A DNA stretch of 64,000 bases, from NCBI GenBank assembly GCA_963703225.1, contig OY969801.1:1216001-1280000 (forward strand), in the 5' to 3' direction. This stretch comes from Candidatus Eiseniibacteriota bacterium. GTDB taxonomy: Bacteria; Eisenbacteria; RBG-16-71-46; SZUA-252. Below the pieces are notes generated by a model. It saw nothing but the letters and a program-made list of their open reading frames with translations. It did not search any database and was not told the DNA's origin. A program made the translations under genes and the position numbers. Positions 1-13,806 of this stretch are shown piece after piece. Position 1 is the first letter of the stretch, and each line of letters begins with the position of its first letter.

Positions 1-627
1 TTCATCCGCCCGCTCTTCTGCGAGGGGAAGGGCCCATTCCGGTGGGTCGCCCTCTCCGGAAATCCCAAAGACATCGCGGCCACCGACCGCGCGGCGCTCG
101 AGCTCTTTCCGGAGAACGAGCCGCTCCAGCGCTGGATCCGCCTCGCGGAAGAGCGCGTCCAGTTCCAGGGTCTCCCCGCGCGCATCTGCTGGCTGGGGAT
201 GGGGGAGCGCGAGCGGTTCGGCGAAGCGCTGCATCGACTGGTCGAGCGCGGCGAAGTGGAGGCTCCGATCGTCATCGGGCGAGATCATCTCGACTGCGGC
301 TCGGTCGCGTCGCCCTACCGGGAGACCGAGGGGATGCGGGACGGGAGCGACGCGATCGCCGACTGGCCGATCCTGAACGCGCTGTTGAACGCGGTCTCGG
401 GCGCTTCGTGGGTCTCGGTTCACCACGGCGGCGGCGTTGGAATCGGAAACTCGATCCACGCCGGTGTGGTGGTCGTCGCGGACGGCACGCCCTCGGGGCT
501 CGCCCGGTTGAAGCGCGTGCTGACGAACGATCCCGCGACCGGCATCTGGCGGCACGCGGACGCGGGGTACCCGGAGGCGCGCGCCGCCGCCAAGCGACAT
601 CATCTCCGTATTCCGCGCGAGGGATGA
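1..627 (+). CDS. hutU: Urocanate hydratase, 3' part (runs off window start)
   Basis: Frame 1 reads [20 protein letters not shown]...[19 protein letters not shown]...[17 protein letters not shown], the urocanase signature. Confidence 0.97.
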   Translation, partial: FIRPLFCEGKGPFRWVALSGNPKDIAATDRAALELFPENEPLQRWIRLAEERVQFQGLPARICWLGMGERERFGEALHRLVERGEVEAPIVIGRDHLDCGSVASPYRETEGMRDGSDAIADWPILNALLNAVSGASWVSVHHGGGVGIGNSIHAGVVVVADGTPSGLARLKRVLTNDPATGIWRHADAGYPEARAAAKRHHLRIPREG

Positions 628-670
628 GACCGCATCCCGCCGCGGGCGCGCGGCCGGCCCGGCGGCCCCG

Positions 671-1942
671 TTGAAGTCCGACCTTCTCGTCCATTCCGCG
701 GCCCAGCTCATCACCGCCCCGCCCAGCGCCGCGCCGCTCTTGGGCCCGGCCCTCGACCAACCGCTCGTGCGGACCGACGCGGCGGTCGCCGTGGTCGGCG
801 GACGGATCGCCGCGGTCGGGTCGACCCGGGAGGTCACGAAGCGTTATCCCGAGCGCGAGGCCGCCGTCTTACTGGACGCGACCGGCCGGCTCGTTGCCCC
901 CGGGTTCGTCGATGCGCATACGCATCTTCCGTTCGCGGGAGGAAGGGAGATGGAGTTCGACGCGCGCGCCCGCGGCGAATCGTATGAATCGATCGCGGAG
1001 AGGGGGGGCGGCATACGGGCGAGCGTCCGGCAGCTCCGCGCCATCGCCGAGGATGAGCTGAGGGAGCGGGTCGGCAAGCGTCTGGAGCGCGTTCTGGCCC
1101 AGGGGATCACGACCGTCGAGGCGAAGAGCGGGTATGGCCTCACGCTCGACGCCGAGCTGAAACAGCTCCGGGCGCTCCAAGGCGGATCGGCCGCGGCCGA
1201 GGTGATCCCGACGTTTCTTGGCGCGCACGAGGTCCCCGACGAGTTCCGGGACCGGCGCGAGGGCTACGTCGCGCTCTTGGTCGACACGATGATCCCCGCG
1301 GTCGCGCGCGCCAAGCTCGCGCGATTCTGCGACGTATTCTGCGACCGCGGCGTCTTCACGGTCGAGGAAGCGCGGCGCATCCTTCTCGCGGGGACGGCCC
1401 ACGGCCTGCGGCCCAAACTCCATGCCGACGAGCTGGCCGACGTGGGCGCGGCCAGCCTGGCGGCGGAGGTCGGCGCGATCTCGGCCGACCATCTTCTCCA
1501 TGCGTCCGATGAGGGTTTGGAGGCGATGGCCAAGGCCGGCGTCGTCGCGGTGCTCCTGCCGGGCACCGCCTTCACGCTCGGGCTCCCCTACGCGCGGGCT
1601 CGCCGGATGATCGAGCGGGGCCTCGCGGTGGCGCTCGCGACCGACTGGAATCCGGGGAGCACGATGTGCTCGTCGATGGCGATGACCCTGACCTTGGCCA
1701 CGACCCAGATGCGCCTCTCCGCGGCGGAGGCCTGGATGGCGGCCACCGCGAACGCCGCCTGGGCGGTCGGGGAAGGGGGTCGGCTCGGCCGCCTCGCGGA
1801 GGGATACCAGGCGGACCTTTGTCTTTTTGACACAGGCGATTACCGGCACGTCCCGTACCATTACGGGGAGGAGCACGTCCACGCCGTCGTGAAGCGGGGC
1901 CGTCTCGCCTTCGACCGCGGGCACGCTTTGAGTTGTTTTTGA
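671..1942 (+). CDS. hutI: Imidazolonepropionase
   Basis: PGFVDAHTH, EAKSGYGL, FCDVFCD, KLHADEL, ATDWNPG motifs; follows hutU; exact start uncertain. Confidence 0.96.
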   Translation: MKSDLLVHSAAQLITAPPSAAPLLGPALDQPLVRTDAAVAVVGGRIAAVGSTREVTKRYPEREAAVLLDATGRLVAPGFVDAHTHLPFAGGREMEFDARARGESYESIAERGGGIRASVRQLRAIAEDELRERVGKRLERVLAQGITTVEAKSGYGLTLDAELKQLRALQGGSAAAEVIPTFLGAHEVPDEFRDRREGYVALLVDTMIPAVARAKLARFCDVFCDRGVFTVEEARRILLAGTAHGLRPKLHADELADVGAASLAAEVGAISADHLLHASDEGLEAMAKAGVVAVLLPGTAFTLGLPYARARRMIERGLAVALATDWNPGSTMCSSMAMTLTLATTQMRLSAAEAWMAATANAAWAVGEGGRLGRLAEGYQADLCLFDTGDYRHVPYHYGEEHVHAVVKRGRLAFDRGHALSCF

Positions 1943-2029
1943 TGCATAATTGATAAGCGATTGTAAAACCGTGAATTACAAGAACGTTAACTCCGGCGAC
2001 GACGGACCGTTAACCCCCGAGGAGAAGGC

Positions 2030-3576
2030 ATGAGCGAGCTGGTTGAGTGCGTTCCCAACTTCAGCGAGGGCCGAAATAAGTCTGTAGTTCAGTCCATTGC
2101 TGCCGAAATTTCGCATGATCGGTCGATCCGGTTGCTTGATCAGGAGATGAACGCCGATCACAACCGCTCCGTGATCACGTTTGTGGGGGAGCCGGAGGCC
2201 GTCTTGGAGGCGGTCTTGAGGGGTGTCCGAGAGGCGACCAAGCTGATCGACATGCGCCAGCACCGGGGGGAGCATCCACGGATGGGGGCCACCGATGTCG
2301 TTCCTTTCGTGCCCGTGGGCAACACCTCTCTCGAGCGGTGCGTGGAGTTAGCGCGGCGTGCGGGCGAACGGATCGGGAACGAGCTTCAAATCCCGGTCTT
2401 TCTCTACGAGGCGGCCGCGACCCGACCGTCGCGGCAGAACTTGGCTGATGTCCGGCGGGGGGAAGTCGAGGGACTCGCGGCGTCCATCGCCACGGATCCT
2501 GAGAGGGTCCCCGACTTCGGCCCGAGGGCGATCCACTCCACGGCCGGCGCCACGGCGGTCGGCGCTCGTCTGCCGCTCTTGGCGTTCAACGTGAATTTGG
2601 GCACCAAGGACGTCGAGATCGCGAAGAAGATCGCGAAGGCGATTCGATTTCAATCGGGAGGGCTGCGCTACGTCAAAGCGCTCGGCTTTGGGTTGGCCGA
2701 GCGGGGAATCGTCCAGGTGTCGATGAATCTCGTCAACACGTGGGGAACTCCGGTCCAGCGCGTCTTCGCGTTGATCCGGGACGAAGCGGAGCGCTACGGC
2801 GTGCCCGATTGTGGGGAGCGAGGTGGTCGGGTCTGGTCTGCCAGGACGCGCTGATCGACGTGGCGGAGCACGCGCTCCGCCTCGAGAACTTTTCGAGGGA
2901 TCAGATTCTGGAGAACCGGCTCGCGCGGCATCTCGGGGCCGCGGAGCAGGCGCTACCGGAGTTTCTGGACGAGGTGGCATCGTCGGCCCCGACGCCCGGG
3001 GGCGGCTCGGTATCGGCGTTGGCGGGGGCGCTCGCGGGCGCGCTGGGCTCCATGGTGTCGCGCCTGACCATCGGCAAGAAGCGCTACGCCGAGCACGAGG
3101 ACCAGATGCGCACGGCGGAGAAGGCGCTGGAGTCGCTCCGGCGCGAGCTGTTCGACCTCGTCGCCGAGGATGCCCGCGCCTACGAGTCGTTCCGGGCGGC
3201 GGCCAGGATGTCGCAGCGGACACCCGAAGAGGTCTCGACGCGGGACGCGGCGATGCGGGAGGCGGCGCGGAACGCGGCCCGGGTCCCGCTCCGTACCGCG
3301 GAGACCTGTGTCCAAGTGTTGGAGCAGCTCTCGGTCGTAGCGACGCACGGGAACGAGAACGCGCTGAGCGACGCGGCCGTGGCCGGCTGGCTGGCGCGCG
3401 CCGGGACCGAGGGAGCGGTGTGGAACGTCACGATCAATCTGCCCGAGCTGCCCGAGGCGGAGCGCGCGGAGCTGGATACGCGCGCCCGCGGCGTGGCGGC
3501 CCGGGCCGAGAAGCTCCACGCGACGTGCGTGGAGCAGGCGCGCCGCCGTCTCGGCGCCGCGGTGCCGTCCGCGTGA
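2030..3576 (+). CDS. ftcd: Bifunctional glutamate formiminotransferase / formiminotetrahydrofolate cyclodeaminase (frameshifted near 2805-2835)
   Basis: VECVPNFSEGR, DHNRSV, HPRMGATDVVPF in 2030..2854; continues in 2740..3576 with PTPGGGSVSAL and GNENALSDA cyclodeaminase motifs. Confidence 0.92.
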
Positions 3577-3604
3577 TGGCAGACGAGGACCGTTAGGGAG
3601 ACGC

Positions 3605-5348
3605 GTGGACCGAAACCTCGCCATCAAAAAGCGGGCGCAACTGCTCGTCCAGAAGGGGCAGATCGACGCTGCCCTCGAGGAGTTCGACAAGCTCTTCGAC
3701 AGCGGCGACAAGGACCCCTACGATTTCATTCTGGTCGCCGACCTCCTCGCCAAGCGCGGCTCGATGCAGGAGGCTGTCCGCCGCTATCGCCAGGCGATCG
3801 AGGAGTACACCAAGGCGGAGCTTTTCAAGAACGCGATCGCGGTCTGCAAGAAGATCCTCCGGATTTCCAAGGAGGACCTCGAAATTCACCGGTCTCTGGG
3901 CAACCTGTACGCCAAGGAAGGCCTCTACGGCGACGCCCAGATCCACTATCTGGAGTTTGCGGAAGGCTCGATCCGCCGTCAGGAGCACGAGGCGGCCCTC
4001 GACGTGATCGACCAGGTGCTCCAGCTCTCGCCGGAAAACATCGACCTCTCCGAGAAGTACATCGAGATCGCGATGCGCGCCGACCAGCCCGATCGGGGCG
4101 GGAAGGAGCTCTTGCGGCGGGCGGAGCGGCTGGAGCATCGCGGCGAGATGACGGAGGCAAAGAGCCTGCGCGAGCGCGCCTCCACACTCGCCCCCGGGCT
4201 CTCGGTCGTCGTCTCGCCGTCGGCGAAGCCCGCGCCGGAGGCCGACACCGCCCCGGCGGGCGACGCGTCCGCGGAAGAGCCGCAGGCGTCCGAAGACGCG
4301 TACGAGCCCTCGGCACGGAGCGTCATGGACGAGCTCTCCCCCGACAGCCTGGTGGCGGAATCGGGGCAGGAGATGATCGAGCCCGAGACGATCGAGGAAG
4401 CCGCCGAGAGCGAGGCCGAGGCGGAAGCGCCGTCCCCGAGCCACGAGGACCTCGCCGCGAACTACCTGAGCGCCGGCAATCGCGAGATGGCGACCGAGGA
4501 ATTCTGGAAGGCCGCCGAGCTCGCCTTCTTCCGGAGCGACCTCGGGCGGGCGCGGTCGCTGCTCGACTCGCTGCTTCACGTGAGCCCACAGCACGAAGCG
4601 GCGCTCCGTCGGCTCGTCGACATCACGGTGCAGGCCGAGGACCGCGCGGGTGAGGCGAAGGCGCGGTTTGATCTCGCCGAGCTCTACCTGGGTCAGGAGG
4701 AGTGGGCGCTCTCGCGCGCGGAGTACATCCGCACGCTTGGAGCTGGATCCCAACAACAGCCGGGCGCGCACGCGCGTGGCGAGGCTGGACGCCATGAACG
4801 GCGCCGCGCCGCCGCAGATCGATCTCGACACGATCGCGGCCAAGCGGCCCACCGCCTCGGTGCTCGTCCGGGACGACCAGCCGGCCAGCATGGACAACCT
4901 GGTCGACCTGGAAGAGATCATCGACGAGTTCAAGGCCGGCGTGAGCAACAGCATCTCGGGCGAGGATCACGAGAGTCACTACGACCTCGGGATGGCGTAC
5001 ATGGAGATGGGGCTTTACGAGGAGGCGATCGGGGAATTCCAGGTGGCGTCCAAGGGCGGGCCGATGGAGCTGAAGTGCTTGGAGATGATCGCGCTCTGCT
5101 ATCTGGAGAAGAACGAGCCGGCCGCGGCGGCGCGGGAGCTTTCCCGCGCGCTCGAGCTGCCGGGGCACGGCCCGGAGGAGACCATCAGCCTTCGCTACCA
5201 TCTGGGAATGGCGTACGAGCGCTTGGGAAATCTCGAGAAGTCGCTCCAGCATTTCGAAGAGGTGTCGCTCCTCAATAACGAGTTCCTCAAGGTGTCCGTC
5301 AAGATCCGCGAGCTGAATCTGCGCATTTCGTCCGCCCGCGGCTCCTGA
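3605..5348 (+). CDS. Tetratricopeptide-repeat protein with acidic linker (frameshift near 4738)
   Basis: N-terminal TPRs (NAIAVCKKILR, LGNLYAKEGLYGDA); C-terminal TPRs (SHYDLGMAYMEMGLYEEAIGEF, RYHLGMAYERLG) in the 4650..5348 frame. Confidence 0.8.
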
Positions 5349-6204
5349 TGGGCGCCTCCTCGATCGACCTCCACCTCCACTCCACAGCGTCGGACGGCTC
5401 CTATCCACCGGAGACCGTGGTCGCGATGGCCGAGCGAAACGGCGTGCGCGTGATGGCGCTGACCGACCACGACTCGATCGATGGAATCGCCCGCCGCCGA
5501 GGAGCGGGCGCGGAAAGCCGGGATCCGGGTCATTTCCGGAGTCGAGCTCTCGGTGAGCGAATCGGGATTCGACGTTCATCTCCTCGCCTACGGGTTCGAC
5601 CTCACCGACAAAGGGCTCTTGGCGGCGCTCAGCCGCTACCGGGATTCCCGCCGCGAGAGGGCTCGGAAGATGCTGGCCAGGCTCAAGGGGCTCGGGATCC
5701 GAATCACGCCTGGACGAGGTGGAGGAGATCGCGCAGGGCGGCGCGCTCGGCCGGCCGCACGTGGCGGAAGCGCTCATGCGCGGGGGTCACGTCGACACGT
5801 TCCACGAAGCCTTCCAACGGTTCCTGGGTCACCACGCTCCCGCCTATGTTGCGAAGCAGACGGTGACGCTCGAGGAAGCGGCCGGAATCGTCCGCGACGC
5901 GGGCGGCGTGGTAGCACTCGCGCATCCCGGAACCCTCAACCGGGATCACCTGATCGCCGCGTGGGTGCGCCGGGGCCTCGACGGGATCGAGGTCTGGCAT
6001 TCCAAGCACGCCCCGGCCGATGTCTCCCGGTACCGGGAGATCGCGAAACAGCACAGTCTCCTGATGACCGGCGGCTCCGACTTCCACGGCGAGCGGACGC
6101 CCGACGTCTCGATCGGTGGCGACCGCCGTGCCCGAGAGCATTCTCGCGCCCCTCGAAGAGGCCCTTCGCGCCCGCCGTCCGCTCAAGGCGCCGCGCTGAC
6201 GTAG
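5348..6204 (+). CDS. PHP-domain phosphoesterase (TrpH/YciV-like), frameshifted
   Basis: DLHLHSTASDG, LTDHD, GVELS, GRPHVA, LAHP, TGGSDFHG motifs spread over three frames. Confidence 0.9.
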
Positions 6205-6321
6205 CAAGTCCGCGGCCCATCAGTCCCGCCGCAACCGACTCCGGCGCCGCCGCGTTCCCCCGAGGTTCCAATTGCGCCGGCAGGGGGCGATCTGCTAGCG
6301 TCCTCGGTCTCTCCCGGCCCG

Positions 6322-6875
6322 ATGCGAACCGTCGTCCGAAGCGCCGCCCTCATCGCCTTCTGCGTCGCGTGCGGTTACGCGAAGCTGATCCTCTTCCCCT
6401 ATCTCTTCTTTGTGGAGCTATTCAGCGTGGCGGTCTTCCTGTCGGGAGCCGTTGATCGGCGCGGCGTGGGGCGCGTGGGTGGGTGGCGTCGCCCGGCTCA
6501 TCTTCAGCGTCGGGAATCCCTACGGCCCGCCCCATCCACTGGTGCTGGGGGCGCAGGTCCTGGGCGGGGCGATGGTCGGGGCCTGGGGCGGCGTCGCGGG
6601 GCGTTGGCTCCTCGCCCGCGACCGGTCTCGGGGCGGGCGCCAAGGCACGCACGCTGATCCTTCTCGCCTCGGGCTTCGTGGTCACCGTCGCGTACGACCT
6701 GCTGACCAATCTCGCGCAGGGCGTCGTCTTTGGGTCGATTCCCGCGACGCTCGTTTTGGGCGCCCTGCCGGCGCTCCAGCACATCGGATCGAACCTGGTC
6801 ATCTTCGCCGTGCTCGGGAACGCCGCGTTCCCTTGGTTGAGCCGCCATCCCATGGTCGCTGGGCGGGGAGCCTGA
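6322..6875 (+). CDS. Multi-pass membrane protein, ECF transporter S-component-like (frameshifted)
   Basis: Joined frames give ~180 aa with about 6 hydrophobic helices (VELFSVAVFLSG, FSVGNPYGPP, YDLLTN, HIGSNLVIF). Confidence 0.55.
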
Positions 6876-6876
6876 A

Positions 6877-8981
6877 GTGATTTCGCGGCGGACAAGCGCC
6901 TCCGGCGGGTGGTTCGTCCTCGTTCTTGCTCTCGCGTTGGCGGGATCCCTTGCCCCGAGGGTCGGCGCCGCGCGAAATCCCTGCGCCCGCCGACACGGCC
7001 CGCGCCGCCGGTGCCGATCAGCCCGACTCCTCGCTTCTCGTCCGGACGGCTGCCCCCCGATACGTCGCGCGCCGCGAACCGTGCCGCGCCCGACACGAGT
7101 GTCGCCGCGCCGCAATCCGTCGCTGGACTTCGAGGAGCAGCGAAAGCGGGGCGACGTTTCGCTGGAGCAGGCGTTCCGCGGCCGGAGGGGAGCGCTTCTT
7201 CTTCCTCTTCCCGTTTTCGGGGGCACGACAGGCGCGCTCTTGGCTCGCCGACGCGGGTTCGGGAATCCGAACCACCCCGCTCGGCTCCGTGGCCGACGTC
7301 GCCACCGACCGGCAGCTATTCTCCGCGACCACCTACGGAATCGGCATCTTCGACCTCGGGGTCGCGCTCGACGATCCGCGCGCGGACGGGGTCGAGACGC
7401 TCGACTTCACGAGCCTCCGAAGCGCGCTTACGCCCGGCGCCGTTTCTGCACGCGGGGGATCTCTTGACCCGCCCCGCCGCCGAGCGCTTGTTTCCGCGGG
7501 TCATGCCGGGGGAGGGGCGAATGCTCAGGCGCGCCCGAAGTGCGCTCTACTATGGATCGGGGGAGGGAGGAGTGCTCGACACGGGCGCCCGCTTCGTCTC
7601 GTCCAGCATCGGACGAGGGGTGGGCGGCTCCTACGCCCGCCACGAGGCTGACGGAATTTCTCCACTCCGCCGCGGGATCTCATCCCGCTACGCGCTCGCG
7701 GCCGGGCTTCCGCGCGCGCTCGGCCACACGTTCTGGGTGGAGGGGAGCCTGTTCCAGTGGGACGTCGAGGACGAAGCATGGCATGTCGATCCGTTCACGA
7801 GCGACGTCACCACCGCGCCCGCCCGCGCGGAGGTCAGCTCCCGCGATTTGACCCTGCACGCGCGCCGCTCAGGCGACCGCTGGGCGAGCGCCTGGACCCT
7901 CCGGGGTGGAAACGCCAAGCGGACGCGGGTGGACGTCGACGGCGGTCGCGAGCGCTGGGAATACCCGGGTTGGGCCGCGGAGTGGAATGGGACACTCGAA
8001 CCCTCGCCGGGCTGGACCGCGCTCGGCCTCCTTTCGGCAACTTCGCGCCGGATCGAGTATCGGGTGGACCAAAGCCCGCTCTTCGACCCGCGCAGGGAAA
8101 CGGCGAAGGTCGGCGCCGGGCTGAGACGATCGCTCGCCGCGACGGCCGGGATCGGGGTTGACCTGACCGCCGACTGGCGCGAGACGGAGTCGACGCTTCT
8201 GAACGGTCGCGTTTCGATGTGGGGCGATGGAACGCGCGCCAAGGGCCGGGTCGATCTGGAGTGGTCCCACGAGCGACCTTCGTGGGTGGATCTCCTCTCG
8301 CCGACCCGCGTCATCGACGCGCCCCATCTACCCGATTTCGTGAAGACGCTACGGCTCGAGCGGTCGGGCGATCCGTCCCTTGCGCCGCGCACGCTGGCCG
8401 GCGGGCTCGCCCGCGGGAGCTTTGAGTTCTCCCGGCGATTTCAGCTCGAGGCCGAGGGATCCGTTCGGAGAGTCCACGATGACTTCGGATGGGGTCTCTC
8501 GATCGTCGACACCATCGACACGCTCTTCGTCAATACGCACGCCGCGAATCGGGGGGACGGCTGGACGTCCTACGGCGCGCTGGGTTTTCTGCTGCGGCCG
8601 GGTCCTGGGCGCCTGCGCGGATTGGCCTGGGTACGCGGCGGCCCGGACAACCTCTCGCCCCAATCGGCGTCGCCGCCCCAATATGGTGGAGAACTCTCCG
8701 CCGACATCCGCGTGACCTTGTTCAAGGGGGACCTCCCGCTGGAGCTGGGGTTCGATCTCCACGCGCAGGGTCCGAGGGAGGGTCTGTTCGACGAGCCTGG
8801 CTCGGCCTCGTCCGACATTTCCGCGCGGGCCGACTTCGGAGCCGCCGGCGCCTTTGCTCAGTTCGACAACGTCTTCGATCGCCGCGTCCCGAGCGCGATC
8901 TACGACGTGTCGGGCGGGCAGCCGGTCGATATGCCAGGGCGGTCGTTCCACTTCGGACTTGTCTGGTACCTGTTCGACTGA
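6877..8981 (+). CDS. Putative outer-membrane beta-barrel protein (frameshifted in the 5' part)
   Basis: Signal peptide in 6877 frame; amphipathic strands and C-terminal GRSFHFGLVWYLFD barrel signature in 6909 frame. Confidence 0.65.
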
Positions 8982-8993
8982 TCGGAGGGGGCC

Positions 8994-9482
8994 GTGTGGG
9001 GGAGGGAGATGCGGGCCGGGCTCGTGTTCGTCCTGGCCTCGCTCCTCGCGGGGGGCGCGTTCCGGGAGTGGAAGCGGACCCATGAACCTCGCTTCGCCGA
9101 TCTGGTCGCCGATCTCCAGTCGGCGGCACGGAATCGCGGCAGCCCAGTAGCCGCCGCGTCCGACTCGTTCCACGTTCAAGCAGGCGATCCGCATCAGGGC
9201 GGCCCCCAACCGGAGCGCGGGGGCCGCGGCCTTGCCTGGCCACTCATCCCGGCGAAGGTGGACCTGAACCATTCGACGGCCCCGGAGCTGGAGCGCCTCC
9301 CGGGAATCGGCCCCGCGCTCGCGGCCCGGATCGTCGCCGACCGGGAATCCCGCGGTCCTTACGGGAGCCCCGAATCGCTGCTTCGCGTGCCCGGCATCGG
9401 CCCGCGAATTCTCGCCCGCCTCCGCCCCTATCTCGCGGCACCAACCGGGACGGCCGATTCCGGGTCGCCGATCGCAAACTGA
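8994..9482 (+). CDS. comEA: ComEA-family helix-hairpin-helix DNA-binding protein
   Basis: VDLNHSTAPELERLPGIGPALAARIV...LLRVPGIGP; N-terminal membrane anchor. Confidence 0.88.
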   Translation: MWGREMRAGLVFVLASLLAGGAFREWKRTHEPRFADLVADLQSAARNRGSPVAAASDSFHVQAGDPHQGGPQPERGGRGLAWPLIPAKVDLNHSTAPELERLPGIGPALAARIVADRESRGPYGSPESLLRVPGIGPRILARLRPYLAAPTGTADSGSPIAN

Positions 9483-9607
9483 GCACGGCAATCTGCAAGG
9501 AATCCGGCGCTCTGCATCGCGCCGTGCGAATTCCGGCGCCCGGCGCCATCGGCTAAGACCTTCGCAGCGCTCGTGATCTGTCGGATTTGCACGGGCCGTC
9601 CGACGGG

Positions 9608-9623
9608 TGGCACCCCTCTTGCG
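9608..9623 (+). promoter_or_regulatory. Sigma54 -24/-12 promoter upstream of pilB
   Basis: TGGCAC-CCCTC-TTGCG. Confidence 0.8.
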
Positions 9624-9701
9624 AAACGTCTCCTGGCCATACCCCTGCCTTTGTCGCGGGAACCCGCCAACTCGAGCTGAAACGACATAGAGGGCCAGAG
9701 C

Positions 9702-11403
<1,702 letters not shown>

Positions 11404-11424
11404 CCGCGTCACGGAGGGGAATAC

Positions 11425-12519
11425 ATGGTCTCGCTGCGCCAGCTGCTGGACGAGATGATCAAGCTGAGGGCCTCGGACCTGCATCTCACGGCGGGAGTCC
11501 CGCCGCAGTTCCGCATCGACGGATCGATCCAGGCCATGGCGCATCCGCCGCTGACGCCGCAGATGACGCAGCAGCTCGCGTACAGCGTGCTGACGGACGA
11601 GCAGCGGAAGCGCTTCGAGACGACCAAGGAGCTGGACCTCTCGTTCGGCGTGCCAGGGCTTGAGCCGCTTCCGCGCCAACGTCTTCCTGCAGCGCGGCGT
11701 CACGTCCGTGGCGATCCGCCAGATTCCGTACGAGATCCTTTCGTGCGAGCACGCTCGGGCTGCTCGACGGTCATCCGGGACCTCACGCCGAAGCAGAAGG
11801 GGCTGCGTCCTGGTCACCGGGCCGACCGGCAGCGGCAAGTCGACCACGCTCGCGGCCATGATCGACCTGATCAACTCGACCCGCGCCGGGCCACATCATC
11901 ACGATCGAGGACCCGATCGAGTACGTCCACCACCACAAGAAGTGCATCGTCAACCAGCGCGAGGTGAACTCCGACACCGACGACGTTCGCCGACGGCGCT
12001 CAAGTACGTGCTGCGGCAGGATCCGGACGTGATTCTGATCGGTGAAATGCGGGATCTCGAGACGATCGCGGCGGCGCTGACGATCGCCGAGACCGGACAC
12101 CTGGTCTTCGCCACGCTCCACACGAACTCGACCTACGAGTCGATCAACCGCATCGTCGACGCGTTCCCGGCCGACCAGCAGCAGCAGGTCCTCTCCCAGC
12201 TCGCCTTCGTGCTTGGAGGGCGTGGTCACCCAGCAGCTCATTCCCACGAGCCAAGGGCCCGGGCCGCGTGCATGGTGCGCCGAGATGCTGGTCTGCACGC
12301 CGGCGGTCCGGGCCGTGATCCGCGAGCGGCAAGACGCACCAGATCTACAGCCTCATGCAGGCCGGGCAGAAGCACGGCATGCAGACGATGAACCAGGGTC
12401 TCTTCCAGGCGTTCGCCAACAAGTACATCTCGCTCGACGAGGCGCTGGGGCGCAGCTCCGACGTGAAGGAGCTCGAGGGGATGCTCGAAAAGGTCGGAGT
12501 GCACGTCCCGGCGTACTAG
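11425..12519 (+). CDS. pilT: Type IV pilus retraction ATPase (multiple frameshifts)
   Basis: [61 protein letters not shown]. Confidence 0.93.
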
Positions 12520-12540
12520 CCGAACCGAGGGGGAAGCATC

Positions 12541-13777
12541 GTGCCTGTCTTCGTTTGGAAGGGCCGGACGCTCGGGGGGGAGATCCAGACCGGCGAGCTG
12601 ACGGTCGACTCCCAGGACGAGGCCCTCGCCGCGCTCCGCAAGAAGCGGATCATCATCACGTCCGTCCGCGAGAAGCGCGGAGGACGTCAAGTTCAGCCAT
12701 GCCTACGTTCGGGCCCGCCGGTGACCACGCGCGACCTGGCGATCTTCACCCGCCAGTTCGCGACCATGATCAACGCCGGTCTTCCGCTGGTCCAGTGCCT
12801 GGACATCCTCTCCAAGCAGACCGAGAAGGCGACGTTCCGGCGCGATCATCGGCCGACGTCATGCGCGACGTCGAGGCCGGCACGACGCTGGCCGAGGCCC
12901 TCGCGAAGAAGGAGCACAAGAAGGTCTTCGACGAGCTGTTCGTGCAACATGGTGGAGGCCGGCGAGGCGGGCGGTATCCTGGACGAGATCCTCATGCGCC
13001 TCGCGACCTTCATCGAGAAGGCCGAGGCCCTGAAGCGCAAGGTCCAGAGCGCGATGGTCTACCCGGCGGTCGTCATGACCGTCGCGATCGTGGCCACGAC
13101 CTTCATGCTCATCTTCATCATCCCGACCTTCGCCAAGATCTTCATCGCGACTTCGGCGGCGAGCTGCCGCTGCCCGACGAAGATCGTCATGGTGCTCTCC
13201 GATTTCCTCCGCAGGCTACTGGTGGATCATGCTGGGCGTCGTCATCGGCGCTGATCGTCGGCGTGCAGCGCTACTACCCGACCGAGGGCGGCAGGATGCA
13301 GATCGACAAGCTGCTGCTCCGGATTCCGGTGCTCGGCGACGTGCTCCGCAAGGGCTCGGTCGCGCGCTTCACGCGCACGCTCGGCACGCTGATCGCCTCG
13401 GGCGTGCCGATTCTGACGGGCCTCGAGATCACGGCCCGGACCGCGGGCAACAAGGTGATCGAGGAGGCGATCATGGCCGCCCGGGCCAGCATCCGCGAGG
13501 GCGAGACGATCTCCGCGCCGCTGCGCCAGTCGAGCGTCTTCCCGCCGATGGTGGTGCAGATGATCTCGGTCGGCGAGGAGACCGGCGCGCTCGACGAGAT
13601 GCTCACCAAGATCGCCGATCTTCTACGACGCCGAGGTCGACACGGCGGTCGATACGCTGACCTCGATCATCGAGCCGGTCATGATCGTGTTCATGGGCGA
13701 CTGTCGTCGGCGGCATGGTCGTCGCCATGTACCTGCCGATGTTCAAGCTGGTCAATGTGGTTGCCGGCGGGCACTGA
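12541..13777 (+). CDS. pilC: Type IV pilus platform protein, GspF family (multiple frameshifts)
   Basis: FTRQFATMINAGLPL, AGEAGGILD, ARFTRTLGTLIASGVPIL, VGEETGALDEML, MYLPMFKL. Confidence 0.93.
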
Positions 13778-13806
13778 GCGCCGGGAGGCCGGATCCGGCC
13801 GACTCA

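Noticed and set aside
6204..6322. Cobalamin or other riboswitch upstream of the ECF-S-like gene
   Set aside because: The region is short and I could not find a B12 box or other conserved riboswitch core.
9634..9649. Second GG-N10-GC site upstream of pilB
   Set aside because: TGGCCA-TACCC-CTGCC matches the consensus less well than the site at 9608 and could be chance.
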